A DNA stretch of 32,000 nucleotides from an uncultured bacterium (GTDB lineage Bacteria > GCA-001730085), in NCBI GenBank assembly GCA_964565945.1, contig CAZMGY010000034.1:14856-46855 (forward strand), in the 5' to 3' direction. This document shows, piece after piece, positions 21,600 to 31,700 of the stretch. Position numbers and translations under genes: made by a program. Position 1 is the first letter of the stretch; each line of letters begins with the position of its first letter. Under the pieces are notes generated by a model that was not told the origin of the DNA, did no database searches, and worked only from the letters and a program-made list of their open reading frames with translations.

Positions 21600-21808
21600 T
21601 AAAACAAGGACTGCCTCGACTTATTCCTCACAGAACCCGTAAAAACAAATTCTACACTCAAGTCAATACACTGCTTGATTGGCATCAGATAGACAAACAA
21701 CATTTAATGGACTGTCTATCAAGAAGAGCTGACGCGAAGGGCTTATTAGCAAGATTTAGCCTATGAGTTATTGGGTGCAGAGTTCCGCATAGGCTTATTG
21801 GCTGGGTG

Positions 21809-21817
21809 TGCTACAAT
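21809..21817 (+). promoter_or_regulatory. possible extended -10 element (TGcTACAAT) 7 nt upstream of the polA ATG
   Basis: The sequence tgctacaat ends at 21817 and the polA ATG is at 21825. No Shine-Dalgarno is visible in between, although most other genes here have clear AGGAG-type sites. Confidence 0.3.
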
Positions 21818-21824
21818 AGTTGCC

Positions 21825-24392
21825 ATGACAAAGTCGAACGACAAAACTCTTTATTTGATTGATGGTAATGCCTATATGTATCGCAGTTTTTATGCGATTC
21901 GAGAGCTATCGACAGCGCAAGGTCAGCCGACCAATGCGCTGTTTGGCTTTATTAAAATGATCCTTAAACTTAAGCGTGAGCAAAATCCTTCGCACTTAGC
22001 GGTGGCCTTTGATGTGAAAGGTCCCACCAAACGCCATAAACAGTTTAAGGCCTACAAGGCTCAGCGCAAGCCGATGCCCGAAGATCTCGTGCTACAAATG
22101 GGACAAATTCGCGAAATCTTGCAGTCTTTTAAGATTTCTATTTTTGAAGGACAGGGCTATGAAGCGGATGACTTTTTAGCGACCTTAGCTAAGAATGGTC
22201 AAAACAAAGGCTTTGATGTGACGATTGTGACTGGCGATAAAGATATATTGCAATTGGTGAACGACCATGTGCGTGTTTTGAGCATTCACAAAGATAATTA
22301 TGTCTACGATACTGCCAACGTGATTGAAAAATATGGAATTGAACCCAAGCATATTGTTGATTTTTTGGGTTTAGCTGGCGATAGCGCCGACAATATTCCT
22401 GGGGTTCCTGGTATTGGTGTTAAAACAGCCACCCGTTTGATCCAACAGTTTGGATCGGTGGAGGATATTATTGCCTCGGTCGATAAAATTAAATCACCCA
22501 GTCAGCAAAAGAAAATGAAAGAGTATGCTGAGCAGGCTTTGATGAGTAAAGCCTTGGCTGTCCTTGAAGATAATATTGAGGGCTGTGACGATATTGATGC
22601 TCTTCAAGTGGTTGATCCCGATCATTCCACCTTGCATCGGATATTTCAAGAGTGGGAGTTCTTTTCTTTTATTCGCGAAATGGGCTTGCAAGACTATGCC
22701 GACAGCGAAAGTGTGCGAGCTGTTTTGCCCGAAGTTCAGGTGGAAGATGTGCCCGATTGGAAAGCGATTTTGCCTTTGTTAAAAGATAAGAAAGTTGCTT
22801 ATTTCTGGCAGTGCGAAGGCTTGATTGTTGTAAAGCTTCAGGGAGAGGGCAAAGGATATCTGTGTGCATGGACCCAAGACGAGGATTTGTGTGCCTTGTT
22901 ACATAGTGATATTGTTTGGGTTGGTTTTGATATGAAGCCTATACTCAAACAAGTGGGCTGTTTCGATCGCAAAGGTGATATTATCGATCTTAAATTGGCG
23001 GCTTACATGAATGCGCCAGGCAAAAACCAGTATCGCATCGAAGAATTAAGCGAAGAGTATGTTCAGCAAGCCTGGAGTGATGGCGAAGATGCGAGTGCTT
23101 GGGCGCATAATTTAGCGGTAATGGAAGCGTTGCATCTGTATTTGGATGAGCAACTGCGCACAAAAAAGTTAGACAAATTATTGGATTCTTTGGAAACTCC
23201 TTTGCTAAGTTTGTTGGCTAAAATGGAGGCGGTTGGGGTTAAAGTCGATGCAGGTTTTTTGGGAGAAATGTCGCAAAAGATGCAGATACGCTTGGATCAG
23301 TTGACCATCGACATTTATACGGAGGCAGGGGGAGAGTTTAATATTAACTCCCCTAAGCAGCTAGCCGAAGTTTTATTCGACGAACTAGGTTTTCCTCCGT
23401 CCAAAAAAACTAAAACGGGTTATTCGACCAGTGTCGAGGTGTTGGAAAAATTAGCCGAAGACTATGTGTTGCCAGCGCTCATTTTGGAGTATCGTCAATT
23501 CTATAAGTTGAAGAGCACCTATGTGGATGCTTTGCCAAAACTTATTGATGCTCAAACGGGACGGATTCACACCACCTTGCATCAGGAAGTAGCGGCCACA
23601 GGGCGTTTGAGTAGTTCTGATCCTAATTTGCAAAACATTCCGATTCGCACCGAAGAGGGGCGTGATATTCGTAAAGCTTTTGTGGCGGCCTCCGCGGATT
23701 GTGTTTTGGTAGCGGCCGATTATTCCCAAATTGAGCTACGTGTTTTGGCTCATCTAAGCCAAGATGAAACAATGATTTGTGCTTTTAATGAAGGCCAAGA
23801 CATTCATCGTCAAACGGCTTCGGATGTGATGGGGGTGCCTTTGGACAAAGTCACGGATAATATGAGGCGCATGGCCAAAGCCATTAATTTTGGTTTGATC
23901 TATGGCAAAACGCCATTTGGTTTGTCGAAAGACTTGGGGATTCCCATGTTTCAGGCTAAGGAATTTATCGAAACTTACTTTGCGCATTTTTCTAAAGTGA
24001 GAGATTTTATGGGTTCTACGATAAAACAGGCCAAAGAGGAGGGTTTTGTGCGAACGATGTATGGGCGAATCCGTTATTTGTCCGACATTAATGCCAAAAA
24101 CAAGATGACACGCGAGTTTGCCGAACGGATGGCGATTAACAGCCCTGTACAAGGAGCGGCTGCCGATATTATTAAGATGGCGATGCTTAAAGTTGATGAC
24201 TATTTGGTGCAAGAAAATTTCAAAAGTCAGCTAGTTTTGCAAATTCACGATGAGTTATTGCTCGAAGTTCCCAAAAATGAGCTCGATCAGGTCCAAAAAC
24301 AGGTCAAAGAGCTTATGGAGCAGACGGTTTCACTCGATGTACCTTTAACGGTCAATATCAGTTCAGGCCAGAACTGGGCGGAGGCACACTAA
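21825..24392 (+). CDS. polA: DNA polymerase I
   Basis: 855 aa from ATG 21825 (MTKSNDKTLYLIDGNAYMYRSFYA, a 5' nuclease N-terminus). Pol A motifs DYSQIELRVLAH, RRMAKAINFGLIYG and QIHDELLLE. The track start at 21771 is a TTG extension. Confidence 0.93.
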   Translation: MTKSNDKTLYLIDGNAYMYRSFYAIRELSTAQGQPTNALFGFIKMILKLKREQNPSHLAVAFDVKGPTKRHKQFKAYKAQRKPMPEDLVLQMGQIREILQSFKISIFEGQGYEADDFLATLAKNGQNKGFDVTIVTGDKDILQLVNDHVRVLSIHKDNYVYDTANVIEKYGIEPKHIVDFLGLAGDSADNIPGVPGIGVKTATRLIQQFGSVEDIIASVDKIKSPSQQKKMKEYAEQALMSKALAVLEDNIEGCDDIDALQVVDPDHSTLHRIFQEWEFFSFIREMGLQDYADSESVRAVLPEVQVEDVPDWKAILPLLKDKKVAYFWQCEGLIVVKLQGEGKGYLCAWTQDEDLCALLHSDIVWVGFDMKPILKQVGCFDRKGDIIDLKLAAYMNAPGKNQYRIEELSEEYVQQAWSDGEDASAWAHNLAVMEALHLYLDEQLRTKKLDKLLDSLETPLLSLLAKMEAVGVKVDAGFLGEMSQKMQIRLDQLTIDIYTEAGGEFNINSPKQLAEVLFDELGFPPSKKTKTGYSTSVEVLEKLAEDYVLPALILEYRQFYKLKSTYVDALPKLIDAQTGRIHTTLHQEVAATGRLSSSDPNLQNIPIRTEEGRDIRKAFVAASADCVLVAADYSQIELRVLAHLSQDETMICAFNEGQDIHRQTASDVMGVPLDKVTDNMRRMAKAINFGLIYGKTPFGLSKDLGIPMFQAKEFIETYFAHFSKVRDFMGSTIKQAKEEGFVRTMYGRIRYLSDINAKNKMTREFAERMAINSPVQGAAADIIKMAMLKVDDYLVQENFKSQLVLQIHDELLLEVPKNELDQVQKQVKELMEQTVSLDVPLTVNISSGQNWAEAH

Positions 24393-24525
24393 TTGTTATC
24401 TTTAAAAAGATCAATGTGCGGCAAAGTCCTTATCGGGTGGAAGTTGAGGGAAGCTCTTGTACACTTATCGTTCCGTAGTATAATGCGATATTCATGTATT
24501 CATAGGAATCCTTTTGGGAATTTAG

Positions 24526-24553
24526 TTGACACCTGCGTTCATAGACTTATAAT
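24526..24553 (+). promoter_or_regulatory. near-consensus sigma70-type promoter upstream of gap
   Basis: TTGACA (24526-24531), a 16-nt spacer, then TATAAT (24548-24553), about 140 nt upstream of the gap ATG. A weaker TTGTAC-N15-TATAAT pair lies at 24457-24483. Confidence 0.55.
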
Positions 24554-24682
24554 AACAAGTTTGAAGTTGTAAACGGTTTTATCGAATAGGCTTTAATGTT
24601 AAGTTTCGTATCTGTATGATGAATTGAACCTGAGTTAAACAAGGGATTTTTAAGCAAAAAAAATAAATAATTTCTTTATTAA

Positions 24683-25699
<1,017 letters not shown>

Positions 25700-25709
25700 T
25701 CTTTTATAA

Positions 25710-25751
25710 GGATTCTCTCTTTACGTGTGCTGTAGAGGGGAGTCCTTTTTT
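25710..25751 (+). terminator. probable intrinsic terminator or attenuator between gap and pgk
   Basis: GGAUUCUCU (25710-) pairs with AGGGGAGUCC (-25745), about 9 bp including G-U pairs. It is followed by TTTTTT at 25746-25751. Confidence 0.5.
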
Positions 25752-25802
25752 ATTGCTCCACAGGATGACGGATCGCGGAATCCAGACAAAAAGGAGAAAA
25801 CA

Positions 25803-26990
25803 ATGAACAAACTATCCCTCAAAGATTTAGATTTACAAGGCAAAAAAGTTCTTATGCGTGTGGACTTTAATGTGCCTTTGGATGATGCGCAAAACATCAC
25901 CGATGATAAGCGTATTGTGGCGACGCTTCCTTCGATCAAATATGTTTTGGAACACGGGGCCTCCCTGATTCTTATGAGCCATTTAGGTCGCCCTAAAGGA
26001 GAGGTTGTTGAAAGCATGCGCCTTAAGCCTGTTCAAGAACATTTGGCTAAGTTGTTGGGTCAAGATGTTGTGATGGTTCCTGACTGTGTTGGATCTGAAG
26101 TGGAAACTTTGGCTGAAAATTTGCAAACGGGACAGGTTTTGTTGTTGGAGAATTTACGTTTTTATAAGGCCGAAACCGACAATGAGGAGGTTTTTGCAAA
26201 GCAATTGGCTTCTTTGGCCGATGTGTATGTGAATGATGCTTTTGGAACAGTGCACCGCGCCCATGCGTCGACGGAAGGCGTAACGCATTTTATCGATCAT
26301 TGTGCCGCGGGTTTTCTTATGCAAAAAGAGTTAGAGTATTTTACAGTTGCTCTTTCGAACCCCGAACGTCCGTTTGTGGCGATTTTGGGTGGGGCCAAAG
26401 TTTCGGACAAAATTTTGGTGATCGAAAACTTGTTGGACAAAGTGGATATCTTGATCATTGGAGGAGGAATGGCCTATACCTTCTTTTTGGCTCAAGGCGT
26501 GGCGGTTGGAAATTCGATTGTCGAAAAAGATAAAGTGGATTTGGCGCAATCGATTATGGATCAAGCTAAAGCCAAAGGTGTGAATTTACTGTTTCCTTTG
26601 GATCATGTGATTGCCGATGATTTTTCGGCTGTTGCCAATATTGAAATCACCGATAAAGTTGGTGTGAAAGACAACTGGGAATCGTTGGATGTGGGACCAA
26701 AATCAGTGGCGATTTTTTCTAAAGCTGTGGCCCAAGCGAAAACGGTGATTTGGAATGGTCCTGTTGGTGTGTTTGAATTCGAGCCTTTTGCCAGTGGAAC
26801 CAAAGGTTTGGCCGAAGCCGTGGCTCAAAGTGATGCGATAAGCATTATTTGTGGTGGTGATACCGCTGCCGCGGTGGCTAAGTTTGGCTTAGAAGGCAAA
26901 ATGTCTCACGTGTCTACGGGTGGTGGCGCTTCACTCGAATTTATGGAAGGCAAAGAGCTTTCTGGTGTGGTGGCGTTGTCGGATAAATAA
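25803..26990 (+). CDS. pgk: phosphoglycerate kinase
   Basis: 395 aa from ATG 25803 (GGAG upstream). KKVLMRVDFNVPL, ILMSHLGRPKG, NLRFYKAE, and GGGASLEF near the C-terminus. The track start at 25725 is a GTG extension. Confidence 0.95.
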   Translation: MNKLSLKDLDLQGKKVLMRVDFNVPLDDAQNITDDKRIVATLPSIKYVLEHGASLILMSHLGRPKGEVVESMRLKPVQEHLAKLLGQDVVMVPDCVGSEVETLAENLQTGQVLLLENLRFYKAETDNEEVFAKQLASLADVYVNDAFGTVHRAHASTEGVTHFIDHCAAGFLMQKELEYFTVALSNPERPFVAILGGAKVSDKILVIENLLDKVDILIIGGGMAYTFFLAQGVAVGNSIVEKDKVDLAQSIMDQAKAKGVNLLFPLDHVIADDFSAVANIEITDKVGVKDNWESLDVGPKSVAIFSKAVAQAKTVIWNGPVGVFEFEPFASGTKGLAEAVAQSDAISIICGGDTAAAVAKFGLEGKMSHVSTGGGASLEFMEGKELSGVVALSDK

Positions 26991-27095
26991 AAGTCTATGT
27001 CATTTCTGCGGAGGTGGGAATCTAAATTAGAGAGGTACCTGTGAATCTCGCGGTCAAGTCGCGGGATGACGATGCAAGAATAAGAGGAGAACATA

Positions 27096-27845
27096 ATGAG
27101 ACGTAGAATTATTGCTGGAAACTGGAAGCTTAATAAAACCAATGCTGAAGCTGTTGAGCTTGTGAAGGAATTAGCGGCTCAGGTGAGTGATGTAAGCGGT
27201 GTGGATATGGTGGTTTGTCCAACAGCGATTGCTCTTTCAGATGTGGCTCAAAAACTTGAAGGGTCTGTGATTGGTGTGGGGGCTCAGAATATGTGGTGTG
27301 AAGACAGTGGAGCTTTCACGGGTGAAATTGCGGCGCCCATGATTCAAGCGATTGGAGCTCAGTATGTGATTTTAGGTCACTCTGAACGTCGTCAGTATTT
27401 CGGAGAAGACAATGCGGTGATCAATAAAAAAGTTCATAAAGCGATTAGCACTGGTTTGACACCGATTGTCTGTGTTGGCGAAACTTTGGCAGAGCGCGAA
27501 GGTGGCATTATGGAAACTGTGGTTAAAGATCATATTTTGGGATCTTTGGAAGGTGTTTCAGCTGCCGATATGACGAAAGTTGTTTTGGCCTATGAACCCG
27601 TATGGGCGATTGGGACAGGGAAAACCGCTACTCCTGAGGAAGCGCAAGAGGTTCATGCCTTCATTCGTAGTTTGTTGGTCGAGGCTTATGGCCAAGACGT
27701 GGCGGATCAGGTGCGTATTCAGTATGGCGGAAGTGTGAAACCTGGCAATGCAGCCGAACTTTTAGGCCAAGTCGACATTGATGGAGCCTTGGTTGGTGGC
27801 GCTAGCCTTAAGGCCGAAGATTTTGTGGCAATCATTAAGGCTTAA
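27096..27845 (+). CDS. tpiA: triosephosphate isomerase
   Basis: 249 aa. IAGNWKLN, ILGHSERR, AYEPVWAIGTG and LVGGASL motifs. GAGGAG lies upstream. Confidence 0.95.
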   Translation: MRRRIIAGNWKLNKTNAEAVELVKELAAQVSDVSGVDMVVCPTAIALSDVAQKLEGSVIGVGAQNMWCEDSGAFTGEIAAPMIQAIGAQYVILGHSERRQYFGEDNAVINKKVHKAISTGLTPIVCVGETLAEREGGIMETVVKDHILGSLEGVSAADMTKVVLAYEPVWAIGTGKTATPEEAQEVHAFIRSLLVEAYGQDVADQVRIQYGGSVKPGNAAELLGQVDIDGALVGGASLKAEDFVAIIKA

Positions 27846-27881
27846 AAATGATATATTACATTTATGATTAGAGCCTTAGCC

Positions 27882-28440
27882 TGACCTTCTGCCTCAATTT
27901 GGCTATATTTGATTCATGTAGTCATTTGGGCTAATATAGTCCAAATGAGAATGCAAATGTAGGCCGTTATAAAACATCACTATGTAATTCAAAATATCCT
28001 GTTGAGCTCCACTATTAGTCTGATAATGCTTCCACTGTACTCGTACCCGTTTTTTCTTTAGCGCTTGCGAAAGAAGTTCTCCGTGGACAGCGTTGTCCTG
28101 GTAATTGCCCTTACGGCTACATGCTACCAACAAAACCATGGGCGGCACAAGCGTAATCTGTTGTAAGTCTTGCTGCTATACTGAGAGCCACGGTCTGAAT
28201 GTACAATTAAGCCTGATGTTGGAGGACGCTCTTCTACGTCCATCCGAAATGCCTTTGTGAGAAGCCGAGTTGTCATACGCGAATCCCTGCTCCAGCCAAC
28301 GACTCGACGAAAAAAAAGGTCTATCAATATGGTCCAAATACAGCCAACCTTCCTGTGTCCAAATATAGGTTATATTAGAAACATAGGCATGATTTTGTCT
28401 GGGGACTTCAAATTGACGTTTTAGGACATTTTCAAAGGTA
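27882..28440 (-). mobile_element. 5'-truncated, decayed IS3-family insertion sequence remnant (right end only)
   Basis: Three consecutive transposase fragments lie in three different frames. A TGACC...-type terminus at 27882 sits just beyond the transposase stop. No OrfA, left end or second inverted repeat is present. The upstream boundary is approximate. Confidence 0.7.
27903..28430 (-). pseudogene. IS3-family OrfB (DDE/rve integrase-like transposase) pseudogene
   Basis: Fragment 28335-28430, hand-translated: NVLKRQFEVPRQNHAYVSNITYIWTQEGWLYL (family pattern ..W.TDITYI.T.EGW.YL, with the catalytic D replaced by N). Fragment 28124-28327: IDLFFRRVVGWS...HSDRGSQYSS. Fragment 27903-28148: SRKGNYQDNAV...FYNGLHLHSHLDYISPNDY. 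At least two frameshifts, and the N-terminal part is missing. Confidence 0.8.
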
Positions 28441-28654
28441 GAAAAACTTATGGTTACTTTAAACCCTACACTATACGGTATAGTAATATTAAATTTCTTA
28501 TGTGCAATAGTATTTCTATATGTTGTTTTATTTAATTAAAGTAGTTATAAATAATATATTTTGATTATTGTTACATTATGATAACATATATTTCTTGTAA
28601 AGAAAGAAGCAGGAAACTTAAGAAGACAACCCTTAAGATAGGAACCATTAAGGA

Positions 28655-28705
28655 TGAAATATTTAATTACTATTATTCAAACAAATCTCTTGGTTATTAT
28701 TATGA
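28655..28705 (+). other. 16-codon upstream ORF (MKYLITIIQQISWLLL*) ending in an ATGA overlap with the first ATG of the giant ORF
   Basis: ATG 28655 to TGA 28703-28705; the giant-ORF ATG is at 28702-28704. It could be a leader peptide, or the displaced true N-terminus (signal-peptide-like) separated by a 1-nt indel. Confidence 0.4.
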
Positions 28706-31700
28706 TGATGAATCTTTGGGGCTTAAGTGTACCTAGCCAACTTACTATGTTGCCAGGAGTGGCTAATACGGCGCAGATCTTATCGGCAAAGATGAATTTG
28801 ATTTCTGTTGAGGGGATATTAGGAGATCTTACCCAAATATTTCAAGACCATTGGCACTGGTTGATTGCAATCAAACATGAAGATTTTATTCCAGAAGAAG
28901 CCCATTTCGAAAAGAGGGACAAGGCACAAGTTCTTTTTAAAGCTCTTAAAACCAAAGCCTTAGACGAAGAGAATGTTGCCTTGTATACGGAAGTGGTTCA
29001 ATTTGAAAAATTTTGGAGCGAATTTGTTTTTGTTTTTTTGCCCAACTATATGTGGAATGTTTATATTGGTAAGGGTTTTTCTAAGAAATTTCCAGCTTTT
29101 TGGGAAAAATACTTTGAAAAGCATTGGCCTGAACAAAAGTATGACGAAAGCTTTTACAAAGAGTGGACAGAATGTCTGAGCAATCAAGTTGGTTTTGTTT
29201 GGAGTACAGAGCAGTGGAACCATACGAATGAGCATCAAAATTGGCAAGTGCTTTTTGCGCGTTATGAGGAGGCGCATGATCAACAGGTTTTGGGGCAACG
29301 TTTTGAATTATATGTTCAGCATTGGAAAGTTTGGCTAAGTGATAAAAATTCAGTTTTGGAAAATCTTGATGAGGACGCTATGGTGAAATATAGAAAAGCT
29401 TTGAATGCGCACCAAGCTTTGAAAAAATCATTAGTTTTGCCTCTTGCACCAGTATCTCAGCCTGTGGATGTGGCTGTGATTTCTAGAGGGGGTGGTGCTT
29501 TTGGGACTGTTTCCGAAAGTGCCGACGCGGACTTAAGGAAGAAATTAGATGATTTCTTGAAGGCAAAAAACACACAGCAAGAGGGGCAAAAAGAAGGAGT
29601 CGCTTTTCAATTATTGAGGGGTCTTTTGAAAGAGTGGAGCCAGGTGACAGCTTTTTTTCAAAATCATGTGACCGATTGGGTTAATGAACCTGTGGGGATT
29701 CACAACGATGTTGAATGGCGCGCCAAAGTGGCGCAAAAACTACTGCTGATTTTGGCGGATGAGCAAAATTTTACTAATGTGGAAAATCGTTCCGATAAGT
29801 CACAAGCTTTGATAAAAGCTATGTTAGGTTGGAGCGAAAATGCTCAAGGAGACGACGCTTTATGGCGAAGAGCTTCTGAAAGATTTCAGAATATTTTAGC
29901 TCATGTTCCCTTAAATAGTCACGATGTTCAAAGGAAATGGCCGGCCGTATGGGGTGAGCTTTGGAGTGGGTTACAGGGCTATGATGAACAAATAAATCGC
30001 TTGGTCCAAAGTTTTAAATCTTTTTTGAAAGACTACATTTTTCATATGTCTCAGGCCGAAGGTCTAGATTACGATATGGAGCAAATAATTGAAGAGTCTT
30101 TGCTGGAGCAAATGCGTCAAGGTTCCGAAGCTATTAAAAAAATAGCTCAGCAGATGAAAGGAGAATTGAATGAAAACTTGAATAATCGTGGTCAAGAGTG
30201 GTTGCAATTTCAGGGCTTTCTTGACCGATTGTTGCAACAGTTGATTGTGTTGGCAACTCTATTGGGGGGAGAGTTATCCCCGGAAATTTTACCTTTCTGG
30301 ACAAAAACCTTGGTAAACATTGAGCCCAGCAAGCAAGTGCCTATTTATGATCAAGCTGTTTTTGAGCAGTGGACGACGGAATGGAAGGAGTTGTGGAGTA
30401 TTATTGTGAGCGAAAAATGGGTTTCAAATAGGTATTTTCTTATTGATGTTATCTCCGCGTTACGGAAAGTCACACAAAAGTATATGGTTTTTGAAGGTCG
30501 TGAGGTGTTTCGGGGTGCTGATGAGCACATGGCTCGTTTAATGAAAGACTTTAATGGCTCTCTTCAAACATGGGTTTCTCAAAGAGCTAAGAATAATGTT
30601 TCTGATTCTACGCTGGTCACTTTAGCTGAGCAAGTTGAGACTATGCGTGGGATAGCTCAGCAAATGCGAAATCAGGGCAAGTCTGTTATTGCCAATAAAG
30701 GCGAAGAATGGATGAGGCACTATGGTTTTTTGCAGCGCTTGATGCAAAATATAGGAGAGATGGGAGATCTCTTAAGTGCGATTAATATCTGCAAGGGGCC
30801 TCCTAATAGAGAATCTCTCCTTATGGCGGGAAAATTTATTTATCTGATCAATAAGGTTTCCCCAGCGGATAGTTTAACAATTGTTGTGAAGGATCAAGAT
30901 GTTTACATTGCTTGGACAGAGTTATGGAGTCAGGTTTGGGATATCTTGTTAAGTAGCGATCTATGGAACGGAGAAGCGCCAGAATTTTTTATATCAATGA
31001 GAGATACTCTTAATAGCAAGCTGGTATTTGAGGAGGTGCAATCAATGGAGTTATTGTCTCAAATGGCTACTGAAACGGGAGGACGACACTCTTCTCCTGA
31101 AGGATCCCTTTCTCCTGAAGATCGAGGTTTCGTATTGATGCCAGCTCTCCCTCAAACAAAAATCTATTCAGAAGGGACAGTTGTTTGGGAGGAGACCCTG
31201 AAGAACTGGGATATAACTGACTTCGTTGGTCATGTTCGGGTTAATCATAAGCAAAGTTCGTTGGTTCAAAGTATTCCAGCTAATACTTATAAACAAACTA
31301 TAGATACGATTCTAGTGCATCCTAGTGCCTTTCAATTGCCAGGAGCTTTGATGCATTTTTTGATGCGCAATGAGATGCATCATCTTATGATCGCTGGCGA
31401 TACGGAGCTCCAAGAGTTTTATGCTCAAGAACCGCCGTTTATTTTAGGAACGGATAACTTGCTTTATACCATTGCCACGACACCGCGAGAAGTGTGGGCA
31501 GAGGTTTTGAAAGCGATGAAAGATTACGCTGATAAACTTGAGCAAGCAGGGGTGGAAAATGTGAATAGGTACCGTATTTTGCTAACCGCTTTGGACGCTA
31601 TGACATCGCCTAAACTTTATGAATCTTTGTTGAAAACCGAAGGAAAAGAGATTAACTATTGGATCCTACAGCAGAGTGATTTATTAGATAAATTCGATGA

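Noticed and set aside
21515-21703. Minus-strand 62-aa ORF spanning the fabD 3' end and the fabD-polA spacer
   Set aside because: It overlaps the fabD coding sequence antisense, has no SD and has no recognisable features.
21771-21824. TTG-initiated extension of polA; likewise the GTG extension of pgk (25725-25802) and the ATG 24689 start of gap
   Set aside because: The family N-termini begin at the internal ATGs. For pgk and gap an SD precedes those internal ATGs. For polA the basis is N-terminal homology only, since no SD is visible there.
27836-27878. TAAGGCT...AGCCTTA inverted repeat spanning the tpiA stop, as a terminator
   Set aside because: The stem is 7 bp with a 29-nt loop and no T-run. 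It is unlikely to function as an intrinsic terminator.
28960-29298. Track ORFs 28960-29298 (minus, 112 aa) and 28973-29179 (plus, 68 aa)
   Set aside because: Both lie entirely inside the stop-free frame of more than 1,100 codons, in other frames. They are shadow ORFs with no recognisable features.
31369-31389. NEMHHLM in the giant protein, as a possible HExxH metalloprotease site
   Set aside because: The spacing is wrong (E-M-H-H, not H-E-x-x-H) and there is no downstream third ligand pattern.
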